This document shows positions 43,682 to 53,323 of a DNA stretch of 61,900 nt, one piece after another. The DNA lies in contig DAIRUS010000003.1 in assembly GCA_036803205.1 (NCBI GenBank), forward strand, positions 1 to 61,900, given 5' to 3'. Position 1 is the stretch's first letter. Each line of letters begins with the position of its first letter. The notes beneath the pieces were generated by a model, which was given only the letters and a program-made list of their open reading frames with translations, made no database searches and was not told the DNA's origin. A program made the position numbers and the translations under genes. The stretch comes from a bacterium (GTDB lineage Bacteria; Patescibacteriota; Minisyncoccia; Minisyncoccales; GBS-2).

Positions 43682-45133
43682 TTAACTTAAAGTTTTCAGG
43701 CGAGGAAATAAGGGTTGACTTTTTTTGGTTTCCAATTGATTAAAAATTTTTTCAGAAGTTTCCGGTAAAAATGGTTTTAGCATTTCGGCAATGTTTTTAA
43801 TTGCAAATTGGAGGTCATAAATTATAGTTTGCTTTTTCTCGGTTTCTTCCCAAGGTTTTTTCTTTTCAATATAACGGTCGCAAAAACTAATCAAATCCCA
43901 AGTTGAAATTAAAGCCTCATTAAATTTAAAGTTCTCTAAAGCTTTTTGCCAATTTTCCCAGGTTTTATTTAAAATCTTTTTCAATTCAGAATCAGAGATT
44001 TTAGAAGGCAAATCAGAACTAAAAATTCTTTTTGCCAAAGCAATCACTCTTGCCACTAAATTTCCCAATCCGCTTGCTAAATCAGAATTATATCTCTTTT
44101 CAAACTTTTCATAGGTAAAATCGCCGTCTTCAAAAGGCGGAATTTCTCTTAAAAGAAAATATCTCACCGCATCAGTGCCATATTTTTCAACCAACTCAAA
44201 AGGATCGATTACATTTCCCAAACTTTTTGACATTTTTTGTCCTCCTGAAGTCAAATAACCATGAACAAAAATTATTTTCGGCAAAGAAAGCTTAGCCGAC
44301 AAAAGAATGCCGATCCAATAGACGCTATGGAAGCGATTAATACCTTTGCCGATAATATGAACTTTGCGACGATTTTTTTGCCAAAATTTCTCAAATTTTT
44401 CACTTTCCTTAGCATAGCCTAAGGCGGTAATGTAGTTACTCAAGGCATCAAACCAACACCACATCTTTTGACTGGGATCACCCGGGACATCAATCCCCCA
44501 TCCTTTGGTTCTTTGAGCTGAGCGGGAAATACAAATATCTTTAAGGCCAGTTTTAATGAATTGCAAAACCTCTCTTTTCCGTTCTTCAGGAATAATTTTG
44601 AGTTTTTCTTCTATAATAATTTTTCTCAGTTTTTTTTGGTATCTTGAAAGGGCAAAAAAGTAATTTTCCTCGTCAACCATTTCTGGTTTATCTAAATGTT
44701 CCGGACACTTTCCATTTTTTAATTCCTCTTTCTTAAAAAATTCTTCACAGCCAGGACAATAAAGTCCACGATACTTTTTCTTGTAAATATCTTTTTGACA
44801 AGTAAGCCATAATTTTTGAGCTCCTTTAATATGACGCTCTTGAGTGGTTCTAATAAAATCATCAAAAGATAAATTTAGAGCATCCCTTAATTCATAAAAT
44901 CGTTGAGCATTGCGGTCAACTAATTTTTTAACTGGAATTCCCTCTTTTTCGGCAGCTTGAACACTTTTTAAAGAATTTTCGTCAGTCCCAGTTAAAAAGA
45001 AAACTTCCTCGCCTAAAATTCGATGATAGCGGGCAATAACATCAGCTTGGACAATTTCTAAAGCAAAACCCAAATGAGGGGCCGAATTAACATAAGGAAG
45101 GGCGGTTGAGAGATAAAATTTTTTTGATTTCAT
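43682..45133 (-). CDS. metG: methionyl-tRNA synthetase (core enzyme, no C-terminal dimerisation domain)
   Basis: ALPYVNSAPHLGF (HIGH-like), KMSKSLGN, CPGC...CPEH zinc knuckle. Start moved to MKSKKFY (45133). Confidence 0.9.
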   Translation of the reverse strand: MKSKKFYLSTALPYVNSAPHLGFALEIVQADVIARYHRILGEEVFFLTGTDENSLKSVQAAEKEGIPVKKLVDRNAQRFYELRDALNLSFDDFIRTTQERHIKGAQKLWLTCQKDIYKKKYRGLYCPGCEEFFKKEELKNGKCPEHLDKPEMVDEENYFFALSRYQKKLRKIIIEEKLKIIPEERKREVLQFIKTGLKDICISRSAQRTKGWGIDVPGDPSQKMWCWFDALSNYITALGYAKESEKFEKFWQKNRRKVHIIGKGINRFHSVYWIGILLSAKLSLPKIIFVHGYLTSGGQKMSKSLGNVIDPFELVEKYGTDAVRYFLLREIPPFEDGDFTYEKFEKRYNSDLASGLGNLVARVIALAKRIFSSDLPSKISDSELKKILNKTWENWQKALENFKFNEALISTWDLISFCDRYIEKKKPWEETEKKQTIIYDLQFAIKNIAEMLKPFLPETSEKIFNQLETKKSQPLFPRLKTLS

Positions 45134-45194
45134 AATTTTAGATTTTGTCAAAAACTGTTTTCCGAAAAGGAATTTTTCCAATCTAAATGAAAAT

Positions 45195-45902
45195 TTATTC
45201 CTCAAAACTTTTTGAAGTTCCCTCAATCACCACAACAAACTCTCCCTTAACGAAATCTTTCTCAATTGCCTTTGTTACTTCGTCAATGTTCCCACGATAA
45301 ACGGTTTCAAATTTTTTTGTCAACTCTCTTGCCACCATCACCTGACGCCTACTTTTGTCAGTCTCACCAATTAAAGATCTTAGTTCTTTAAGGGTTTTAA
45401 GTATTCTATAAGGAGATTCGTAAAAAATGACGGGATATTTTGAATTTATTACTTCTTCAAAAAATTTTTTCCTTTTTCTTTTGACGGGTAAAAAGCCCAA
45501 AAACAAAAATTTATCCATTGAAAAACCAGAAATTGAGGCAGCTGTCGTTAGTGCCGAAGGGCCAGGAATTGGAACGATGGCTACTAACTCCCCCAGTTCC
45601 TCGACAATTTTTCTCACTAATTTGTTGCCAGGGTCAGAAATGCCGGGAGTGCCAGCGTCAGAAACTAAAGCCAAACTTTTGCCTTCTTTCAAGAGTTGAC
45701 TAATATAATTGACTTTCTTTAATTTTGAGTGTTGGTGATAACTTAAAATGGGTTTTGAAATCTGATAATGGTCTAGTAATTTTTTGGTTACTCTAGTATC
45801 TTCACTTAAAATCAAATCAACCTCCTTTAAAACTTTTAATGCTCGGAGGCTGATATCTTCTAAATTTCCAATCGGAGTGGCGACAAGATAAAGTTTATTC
45901 AT
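45195..45902 (-). CDS. rsmI: 16S rRNA (cytidine1402-2'-O)-methyltransferase
   Basis: LYLVATPIGNLEDISLRA...SEDTR, DAGTPGISDPG. Confidence 0.85.
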   Translation of the reverse strand: MNKLYLVATPIGNLEDISLRALKVLKEVDLILSEDTRVTKKLLDHYQISKPILSYHQHSKLKKVNYISQLLKEGKSLALVSDAGTPGISDPGNKLVRKIVEELGELVAIVPIPGPSALTTAASISGFSMDKFLFLGFLPVKRKRKKFFEEVINSKYPVIFYESPYRILKTLKELRSLIGETDKSRRQVMVARELTKKFETVYRGNIDEVTKAIEKDFVKGEFVVVIEGTSKSFEE

Positions 45903-46920
45903 GGGATTCTTCAAACTTTCTGGTAGTTAAAAAACCCTTTGCTATTTCAAAAATAATAACCGAAAAAGGAACGGCAAAAATCGCTCCCAGAAAGCCAAAA
46001 AGTTTTCCACCAAACAATAAAGAAAATAAAACAACAAGTGGAGGAGCTTGAATAAATCTTTTTGTTAAAATCGGCGTTAAAATATTACCCTCTATTTGTT
46101 GAATGAGAATTAAGACCGTTGCCACTAAAAAAGCCTCTAACCAGGAATTGGCGAAAGCAAAAAAAACAATTGGAATACCGGCTAAAAAAGGACCGAAAAC
46201 AGGGATTAAATCTAAAAATCCGGCCAAAAGGGCAAATATTCCGGCATACTCAATATCAAACAAATAACAAGTAATAAAAACCATTAATCCAACTAAAAAA
46301 CAGGTTAAAACTCTTATCCCAAACCAGCCAGCAACTTTTTGGCATGATTTTTGCCAAAGATTGCCAACCAGCTCTTCATATTTTTTGGGGACAAGAAGAT
46401 AAATAAATTTTTCAATCGCCCCTTCTTCCAGGGAAATAAAAATCGCCATGATAAAGATAGTTAAAAAAGCAAAGATTCCTCCGAAGACAGAAATAATAGC
46501 TGAAAAAATATTAGCCGAAGCCTTCAAAAGCCATTCTTGGAAAAAATTAATAAAAGACTGGAGGTCCTCAAAAATTTTCAGTCCTAACAGTCTGAACGGA
46601 GAATAAAATTTTTCAAAAACCTGAGGGAAAGTTTGAATGAATATTCTCGTTTCTTCGACTAAAATGGTAGCCGAGAAATAGACAAGAAGAGAAAAAAAGA
46701 GGAAAAAAAGTAAATAAACCAAAATGGTGGCTAAAAGTCTTCTGATTTTAAATTTTTGAAAAAGTTTGATGGCTGGCTCAAATAAAACTGCCAAAATAAC
46801 TGAAAAGAAAACCAAAATCAAAATATCTCTTGTCAAAAAGAACAAATAGAAAATAAAGCCAGTAAAAATAATTTTTAAAATTGTATTCCAAGAAAGGTCA
46901 AGGTTGCGTTCTTGATTCAT
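45895..46920 (-). CDS. AI-2E family transporter (PerM-like permease)
   Basis: 341 aa, about 8 TM segments, with the conserved C-terminal IPxxGxxxxxIP-like region (LIPVFGPFLAGIPIV). Confidence 0.7.
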   Translation of the reverse strand: MNQERNLDLSWNTILKIIFTGFIFYLFFLTRDILILVFFSVILAVLFEPAIKLFQKFKIRRLLATILVYLLFFLFFSLLVYFSATILVEETRIFIQTFPQVFEKFYSPFRLLGLKIFEDLQSFINFFQEWLLKASANIFSAIISVFGGIFAFLTIFIMAIFISLEEGAIEKFIYLLVPKKYEELVGNLWQKSCQKVAGWFGIRVLTCFLVGLMVFITCYLFDIEYAGIFALLAGFLDLIPVFGPFLAGIPIVFFAFANSWLEAFLVATVLILIQQIEGNILTPILTKRFIQAPPLVVLFSLLFGGKLFGFLGAIFAVPFSVIIFEIAKGFLTTRKFEESHE

Positions 46921-46921
46921 T

Positions 46922-48187
46922 TTAAAATTTTAATATTCTTTCAAAAGACCTTTTCTCTTTAAATGGCCCAATGAGGGCTAAATTTAATTTTTCCGGCCGA
47001 AAAATCTCTTTAGCTAACTTGAGAACATCATTTGTTGAAACTTTATCAATCTTTTCGAAAACTTCTTTTGGCGTTAAAGTTTGCTTTTCTAAAAGTTCCT
47101 GGCCAGCATAAAATGATGCCTGGGCCTCTGAAGATTCCAATTCCAAAATTAGTTTTCCTTTTAAAAAATCTTTTGCCTTTTTTAACTCTTTTTCAGGAAT
47201 TTTCTTTTGAGAAATTTTTTTATATTCCTTTAAAATATTTTTGATTGCCTTATCAACGTTTTTATTATCAATTCCGGTCAGGGTAACCAAATAACCGGTG
47301 TCAGGATTGGTTTCAACCTCAGTTCTAATATAATAAGCAATTCCTAGTTTTGTCCTAATTTTATCGAATAATCGGGAGCTCATCATCCCCCCCAAAATAG
47401 TAGCTAAAATCTCCTGAGTATATTTTTGAGGATGAAAAAGATTATATCCCCTCACCCCTAAGGCTAAATGGGTCTGATCGGTTTCTCTGGGATGTAAAAG
47501 AATTTGAGGTCGAGTTTGTTTTTCAACAACTGGAGCCTTGTTTATTGGTTTTTTAATACGAATCTTAAAAAAATATTTTTTCACCAGAGAAATGGCTCTT
47601 TTCTCGTCTATTTTTCCAGCTATGGAAACGATTGTATTTGAAGCCACATATTGGTTTTTCATATAATTTAAAAGTTTTTCTCTGGTCATTTTTGCTATAG
47701 TCTCTTTTTTGCCTGCTATTTCCCAGCCAGCTGGTTGATCACCGTATAACAATTTTGGCCATAAAATGCCAATATAGGACATTGGATGATCATAATACAT
47801 ATTAATTTCTTCAATAATCACCCCTTTTTCTTTTTCAATCTCTTTTTTCGGTAATAAACTATTCAAAAAAATATCCGAAACCCAATCTAAGGCTAGCTCA
47901 AAATGTTGGGCAGCTACTTTGGCAAAGTATCCGGTATATTCTTCACCGGTAAAGGCGTTGTAAATTCCGCCAACCCGATCTAGGGCTTCAGCGATGGCAA
48001 GAGTGGAAGGTCTTTTTTTTGTCCCCTTAAAATACATATGTTCCAAAAAATGGGAAATGCCATTAATTTCCTTAGTTTCATATTTTGAGCCTGTCCCAAC
48101 TAAAACTAAAACCGTCACCGCCTGAGTGTTTTTCTGATAAACAGTGATAATTCTTAAACCATTGTCAAGAGTGATTTTTCTAAGCAT
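46922..48187 (-). CDS. M16-family zinc peptidase (insulinase-like)
   Basis: HFLEHMYFKGT inverted zinc motif HxxEH. Confidence 0.8.
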   Translation of the reverse strand: MLRKITLDNGLRIITVYQKNTQAVTVLVLVGTGSKYETKEINGISHFLEHMYFKGTKKRPSTLAIAEALDRVGGIYNAFTGEEYTGYFAKVAAQHFELALDWVSDIFLNSLLPKKEIEKEKGVIIEEINMYYDHPMSYIGILWPKLLYGDQPAGWEIAGKKETIAKMTREKLLNYMKNQYVASNTIVSIAGKIDEKRAISLVKKYFFKIRIKKPINKAPVVEKQTRPQILLHPRETDQTHLALGVRGYNLFHPQKYTQEILATILGGMMSSRLFDKIRTKLGIAYYIRTEVETNPDTGYLVTLTGIDNKNVDKAIKNILKEYKKISQKKIPEKELKKAKDFLKGKLILELESSEAQASFYAGQELLEKQTLTPKEVFEKIDKVSTNDVLKLAKEIFRPEKLNLALIGPFKEKRSFERILKF

Positions 48188-49547
48188 AGTTTAATTTTTC
48201 TTTTAAAAACGGAATTAAATCTTTAATTTTGACTCTTTCTTGCGCCATTGTATCACGATCGCGGACAGTTAAATCATCATTTTTAAAAGAATCAAAATCA
48301 ATAGTTAAACAAAAAACGGTTCCGATTTCGTCTTGACGGCGATATCTTCTTCCAATTGAACCTACTTCATCGTATTGACAAACAAAATGGGGCTTTAACA
48401 TTTGATAAACCTCCATAGCTTTTTTAACTAATTCGGGTCTATTTCTAACTAAAGGTAAAACCGCCACTTTTACGGGGGCAATTTTTTTATCTAATTTTAA
48501 TAAAATCTCAACTTCTTTTGTTGGCTTTGTCGTTTTTGTCCTTCCGCCGGGAATTTCTTGATAAGCATCGCACAAAAGGGCTAAAATTATTCTCTCCAAA
48601 CCAACGGTTGGCTCAATAACATAAGGATAATATTTTCTATTTTTTTCATCGTCAAAATATCGCAAATCCTGACCGGAAAATTCGGAATGCCTTTTTAAAT
48701 CATAATCGGCTCTATTGGCTATTCCGGCTAATTCCTGCCAGCCGAAAGGAAATTTATATTCAATATCAACAGTTCTTTTGGAATAATGGGCCAAACTTTC
48801 TTTGGGATGTTCAAACCTTTTCAGATTTTCTTTTTTTATTCCTAATTCTAAGAAAAATTTCTCCCATTTATCAACCCAGATCTCAAAATATTTTTCATCT
48901 TCGCCCGGTTTAACAAAGTATTCAATTTCGGCAATATCAAATTCCCTACCCCGAAAAATAAAATCACCCAAAGTAATCTCATTTCTAAACGACCTGCCAA
49001 TTTGGGCAATACCAAAGGGTAATTTCAATCTCATTGAATTTAAAACATTTTCAAAGTTGGTAAACATTGATTGAGCAGTTTCTGGCCTTAAGAAAGTTTG
49101 GTGAGCTTTATTTTCGACCGGGCCCAAAAAAGTTTTAAACATTAAATTAAACATTTTTGGTTCGGTGAATTCTTTGCTGCCGCAGTTTGGGCACTGATTT
49201 TTTGTTTGCCCTTTTCCCTGACCAACAAATCTACCAGCTAAGATATGATCAGCCCGATAACGAAAATGGCAATTTTTGCATTCAACCAGCGGATCGGTAA
49301 AATGCTCTAAGTGACCGGAGGCTTGCCAGACTTTAGGATGCATCAAAACTGTTCCTTCAATCAGAACGATATTTTCTTCTTCTAAAACAAATTTTTTTAT
49401 CCAAAATTCTCTCAAATTATTTTTCATCAAAGCTCCCAAAGGTCCCAAATCCCAAAGTCCTTCAACCCCTCCATAAATTTCCGAAGACTGAAAAATAAAT
49501 CCTCGCCGTTTAGCTAAAGAGATAATTTTTGCCATTAAGTCCCTCAT
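48180..49547 (-). CDS. glyQS: glycyl-tRNA synthetase (alpha2 type)
   Basis: RRGFIFQSSEIYGG, FRNEITLGDFIFRGREF, LERI, C-terminal anticodon-binding domain. Confidence 0.9.
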   Translation of the reverse strand: MRDLMAKIISLAKRRGFIFQSSEIYGGVEGLWDLGPLGALMKNNLREFWIKKFVLEEENIVLIEGTVLMHPKVWQASGHLEHFTDPLVECKNCHFRYRADHILAGRFVGQGKGQTKNQCPNCGSKEFTEPKMFNLMFKTFLGPVENKAHQTFLRPETAQSMFTNFENVLNSMRLKLPFGIAQIGRSFRNEITLGDFIFRGREFDIAEIEYFVKPGEDEKYFEIWVDKWEKFFLELGIKKENLKRFEHPKESLAHYSKRTVDIEYKFPFGWQELAGIANRADYDLKRHSEFSGQDLRYFDDEKNRKYYPYVIEPTVGLERIILALLCDAYQEIPGGRTKTTKPTKEVEILLKLDKKIAPVKVAVLPLVRNRPELVKKAMEVYQMLKPHFVCQYDEVGSIGRRYRRQDEIGTVFCLTIDFDSFKNDDLTVRDRDTMAQERVKIKDLIPFLKEKLNYA

Positions 49548-49556
49548 ATTGATAAA

Positions 49557-51221
49557 TTATTGGACTATTCCCATTTCCTTAGTAATTGTTTTATCATCTG
49601 GCAGGGTGGTATTTAGAGGAGAAATTTCATTGACTAAATCAGCTTCCGTCCAAGCATCTAAACCTTCAATCCTCACCTGACTGATAATTTCTGGGGTTTT
49701 ACCTTTTTCTGACTCTCCTGGCAATAAGGCAACCTGAAAAGCAATTGTCTGGCCGGGCTTGACAATTCCACTCCCCTTTTCCAAATCACCCACCGTCCAA
49801 ACAATCTCCCTTGAAACGGAATCAAAAGCAAACTTTGAGACTTGGTCTTCGGGAAAAATTTTTCCCGTAAGCTCAACAATTGGAGGAAGCTTAGCTTTAA
49901 CTTTTACATTTTTAACATCTGAATAATAATTTTTAGTCTGCCAGATGATTGTATAGGTTGTTTTCTGACCAACAATCGGCGGAATAGGTCCAGAGTTTCC
50001 AAAAATTTCATCATTAAAATATCCCCTCTGAACTAGTTCTAATTTTGTACTAACTTTGGTGACAAATTCTTCTTTCGCTTCACCAATAAAAATTTTATTT
50101 CGCAAAACTGGCTCTTTAATAGGGCCAAAATCTTCTTTTAATTTTATCCAAAAATCAACCTTTCCTTCATCCATTGGAAAAAGATATTGAAGTTTTTGAA
50201 TTTTTTTCCATTCAAAAATGATGGAATTGTCGCCAGGATGAGAAATACCTAACTCTGATTTAATTGTCTGAAAATCAAAAACTTCTCCTTCCAGTTTTGA
50301 AATCAAAGTTAAATTAACTAATTCTTCCTCGCCGATATTTTTAAAATAAATTTCATAGTGAAGCCAATCCCCAGGCATAGCAACATATTCTGGACTACCG
50401 TTAATTTCTTGACGCAGAAAGATTAAGGGTTTAACAATTTCTACTCCCTTGGTTGTTTCTTTCAATAAAATAAATTTACCATCCTTTACCATCCCCAGTT
50501 TGGCTTTAAAGACTTTAGCCTCCCCAACTTCTCCTGAAAGTCTGCCAGAAATTTCAATTCGCCCACCCTGGGATTTGTTTAAAAGTGGGATTTGCCATTC
50601 TGTTTTTTCAAGGGATTTTGGAATAGAAGAAACAAATTCAAAACCGGGGGGATATTCTACCTGACATCTTAAGCCTAATAGAGGAGAATCTAGGTTTGAG
50701 AAATAATTTATTCTAAAAATAAAATTTCCTCCGCTTGGAACTTTTGAGGCCAAATCAAATTCAAAGGTTAAAGGGATAGGTTTAATAATAGTGGTAAAAC
50801 TGGTTGTTGACTCATATCTTGCCTTGAGATTTTTTGGTTGGTAGCTCAAGATGGCTTTGGCAATTTTTGCTTCTCCTTCTTTACCTAAAATTTGGACCTT
50901 AAAAGAGAGACTTGCCTCTTGTCCAGGATAAATTGCCTCTCCCAATTTTTCGCTTTCAAAGATTTCTCTTTCAAAGATTTTTCCATCTTTGAGGGTGTTT
51001 TCTGGGGGGATAAAAACAAGTTGAGGTTTTTCTAATCTGAATTTCCCATTGTTTTTATATCTAACAATATATTCAACCTCCTCCAATAAGCCCACTTCTT
51101 TTGGCCCTAAAATTTCTAATTTTAAGTCTTCTTTTGAATAAACATTTCTCTGCCAATGCCAAACCAAAAAGGCCAAACCTAAAATAACAAAGAGAACAAA
51201 AAAATTAAAAACTTTTTTCAT
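49557..51221 (-). CDS. membrane-anchored beta-rich surface protein, function unknown
   Basis: N-terminal TM/signal anchor (FNFFVLFVILGLAFLVW), then about 520 aa of beta-strand-like repeats. No catalytic motif seen. Confidence 0.55.
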   Translation of the reverse strand: MKKVFNFFVLFVILGLAFLVWHWQRNVYSKEDLKLEILGPKEVGLLEEVEYIVRYKNNGKFRLEKPQLVFIPPENTLKDGKIFEREIFESEKLGEAIYPGQEASLSFKVQILGKEGEAKIAKAILSYQPKNLKARYESTTSFTTIIKPIPLTFEFDLASKVPSGGNFIFRINYFSNLDSPLLGLRCQVEYPPGFEFVSSIPKSLEKTEWQIPLLNKSQGGRIEISGRLSGEVGEAKVFKAKLGMVKDGKFILLKETTKGVEIVKPLIFLRQEINGSPEYVAMPGDWLHYEIYFKNIGEEELVNLTLISKLEGEVFDFQTIKSELGISHPGDNSIIFEWKKIQKLQYLFPMDEGKVDFWIKLKEDFGPIKEPVLRNKIFIGEAKEEFVTKVSTKLELVQRGYFNDEIFGNSGPIPPIVGQKTTYTIIWQTKNYYSDVKNVKVKAKLPPIVELTGKIFPEDQVSKFAFDSVSREIVWTVGDLEKGSGIVKPGQTIAFQVALLPGESEKGKTPEIISQVRIEGLDAWTEADLVNEISPLNTTLPDDKTITKEMGIVQ

Positions 51222-51948
51222 GATTAGTTTGCTCTGCAATCTGGGCACAATAGTTTTCTGAAATTTTTCTTAAAAAATCAAAATGAAACTTTTCAACCTT
51301 TAATCGCGATAATATTTTCCAGTCTTGTTTTAAAATCTCTCTCAATATCTTTACAATCTCTGGTTTTGTTTCAATGCCGGATTTGATTTCTTTAAAACAA
51401 TTTTGGCAAATTATTCCTCCTGCCCGGGAATTAAAATAAAGTTTTTCTGGCCGAAGTCGTTTTTGACAAGAGAGACAAAAATATAATTCCGGCTTATATC
51501 CTAAAAGAGAAAAAAGATTCCAAAAAAAATAGTAATAGACAATTCTCAATTTCCAATTACTAATTTCTGGTTTATTTAATATTTTGATAACCTCCAAAAG
51601 AAGACGCCAAATTTTTTCATCAGCCTCTTGACCTCTCACTAAATTATCAAAGACCTCTGAAATTTTATAGGCAATTTTTAACCTCACTAAACTCTTCCTT
51701 AAATTTTCAAATTTCTCAATGGAAATGGCATCAGTTAATGTTTTATAAGTTTTCCCTTGAATAAACTCAATCTCTGATAAATAGAAAATTTCTGTTCCTG
51801 CTCTCAATTTGGAAGTAATCTTTCTGATTGCCCTTCCTAAAACTTCTAATTTTCCAAAATCTTTTGTGTAAATCGTAAACAACTGATCAGCCTCCTCTCG
51901 GTCTTCTTTCTTCAAAAATAACCCTTGGGTTCGATAATGGAGGAACAT
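51205..51948 (-). CDS. recO: DNA repair protein RecO
   Basis: N-terminal OB pattern and CLSCQ...CQNC zinc motif. Confidence 0.75.
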   Translation of the reverse strand: MFLHYRTQGLFLKKEDREEADQLFTIYTKDFGKLEVLGRAIRKITSKLRAGTEIFYLSEIEFIQGKTYKTLTDAISIEKFENLRKSLVRLKIAYKISEVFDNLVRGQEADEKIWRLLLEVIKILNKPEISNWKLRIVYYYFFWNLFSLLGYKPELYFCLSCQKRLRPEKLYFNSRAGGIICQNCFKEIKSGIETKPEIVKILREILKQDWKILSRLKVEKFHFDFLRKISENYCAQIAEQTNHEKSF

Positions 51949-51970
51949 TTTTAATTATATTGAAGTTGAC

Positions 51971-52294
51971 TTATTTGAATCCAAAAGACCTTTTAATCCG
52001 TTCAATTAGTTGAGTATCAACTGGGTCACGAGTGTTATTCCTCATCTTTTCTAGTCCTTCCAAAAATTCTTTACGTGTAATATGTGGGCTCCCAGGATTA
52101 TGATATCCTTCCATCACTCTTTTCACATATTCTCTTGGTATGCCCAACATGGGTAATCTTGAAACGAGTTTGTTAAATTGGTTCACTGTAATCCGACCTC
52201 CATAGCGACTAAAAATATCAGAATGAGAAGGTCTTCCTGACGGTGTCTTTTGGGGCTTAGAAAAAGGTGCCATATTAATATTAAAATTAAACAA
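51971..52294 (-). CDS. 107-aa orphan protein
   Basis: ORF only; start uncertain (M1 or M8). No recognised motif. Confidence 0.4.
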   Translation of the reverse strand: MFNFNINMAPFSKPQKTPSGRPSHSDIFSRYGGRITVNQFNKLVSRLPMLGIPREYVKRVMEGYHNPGSPHITRKEFLEGLEKMRNNTRDPVDTQLIERIKRSFGFK

Positions 52295-52314
52295 TTAATC
52301 AAACGACCTTTATT

Positions 52315-53322
52315 TTAAAAAATGTCAAAAAGTTTAACCACAAACAAAATATAAATTAATAAAAACATTGAACCTTCCCAAATACTGATCCGACGGGTAA
52401 TTCCGGAAATAATCAAAAGCAAAGTGGCAATAACCATAAAGGGAAAACCGATATAAAAAGTTAAAGAATCAACAATTAAAGGCTTAAACAAACCAGACAA
52501 ACCCATCACTGTTAGGCTATTAAAGACATTGGAGCCAAAAACATTACCCAAAGCAATTTCATACTTTTTCTGCCAGGCTGCTCTAACTGAAACGATCAGT
52601 TCGGGAAGAGAGGTGCCAACTGCTACTCCCAAAATAGTAATCAAGGAAGTGGTTATTTTTAAAATTTCAGACAATTTCAAAACTGAATCGATTAGATAAT
52701 TAGCACCTAAAATCAAACTGGCTATTCCTAAAATCAGAAAAAGCAAGGTTTTAAATTCAATTTTTTCTACTTTTTCCCTCACCTCTCTCCGGTCTACTCT
52801 TGAAGGTAAAACTTCGAAAATTTCTCCCGGCACCATTTCTTCTGGTAATAGCTTCTCTGGCACTTCTGATCTCTGGGCGATAGTATAAAAAAGATAGACT
52901 AAAAAGGCAATTAAAAGCAAAAATCCCTCTTGCCAAACAACCTTTCCGTCTAAAAGAATAAAGCCAAATAAAACCGTAGTTGAAGCCAGTAGGGGTAAAT
53001 CAACGTCAATTAAGCTTCTTCTGACCGCTAATCTCCTCCCCACCACCGCTGATAATCCAACAATTAAAAGAATATTGGCAATGTTTGAACCAATCACATT
53101 AGCTGCCACGATTTCCGTTGCTTCTTTAAAAACAGCTGTTAAAGAAGAAGCCAGTTCGGGAAAAGAAGTGCCAATAGCAACAATAGTGACACCAATAATA
53201 AAAGGAGAAATCTTTAGAGCTAGTCCTATTTTTTCTGAACTTTCAACAAACCAATCTGCGCCTTTTACTAAAATAATTAGGCTTAAGACAAAAATTAATG
53301 ACCAGAAAATTAAAATTGCCAT
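52315..53322 (-). CDS. Ca2+/cation antiporter (CaCA, YrbG-like)
   Basis: Two alpha-repeats, GTSFPELASS and GTSLPELIVS. Confidence 0.8.
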   Translation of the reverse strand: MAILIFWSLIFVLSLIILVKGADWFVESSEKIGLALKISPFIIGVTIVAIGTSFPELASSLTAVFKEATEIVAANVIGSNIANILLIVGLSAVVGRRLAVRRSLIDVDLPLLASTTVLFGFILLDGKVVWQEGFLLLIAFLVYLFYTIAQRSEVPEKLLPEEMVPGEIFEVLPSRVDRREVREKVEKIEFKTLLFLILGIASLILGANYLIDSVLKLSEILKITTSLITILGVAVGTSLPELIVSVRAAWQKKYEIALGNVFGSNVFNSLTVMGLSGLFKPLIVDSLTFYIGFPFMVIATLLLIISGITRRISIWEGSMFLLIYILFVVKLFDIF

Positions 53323-53323
53323 T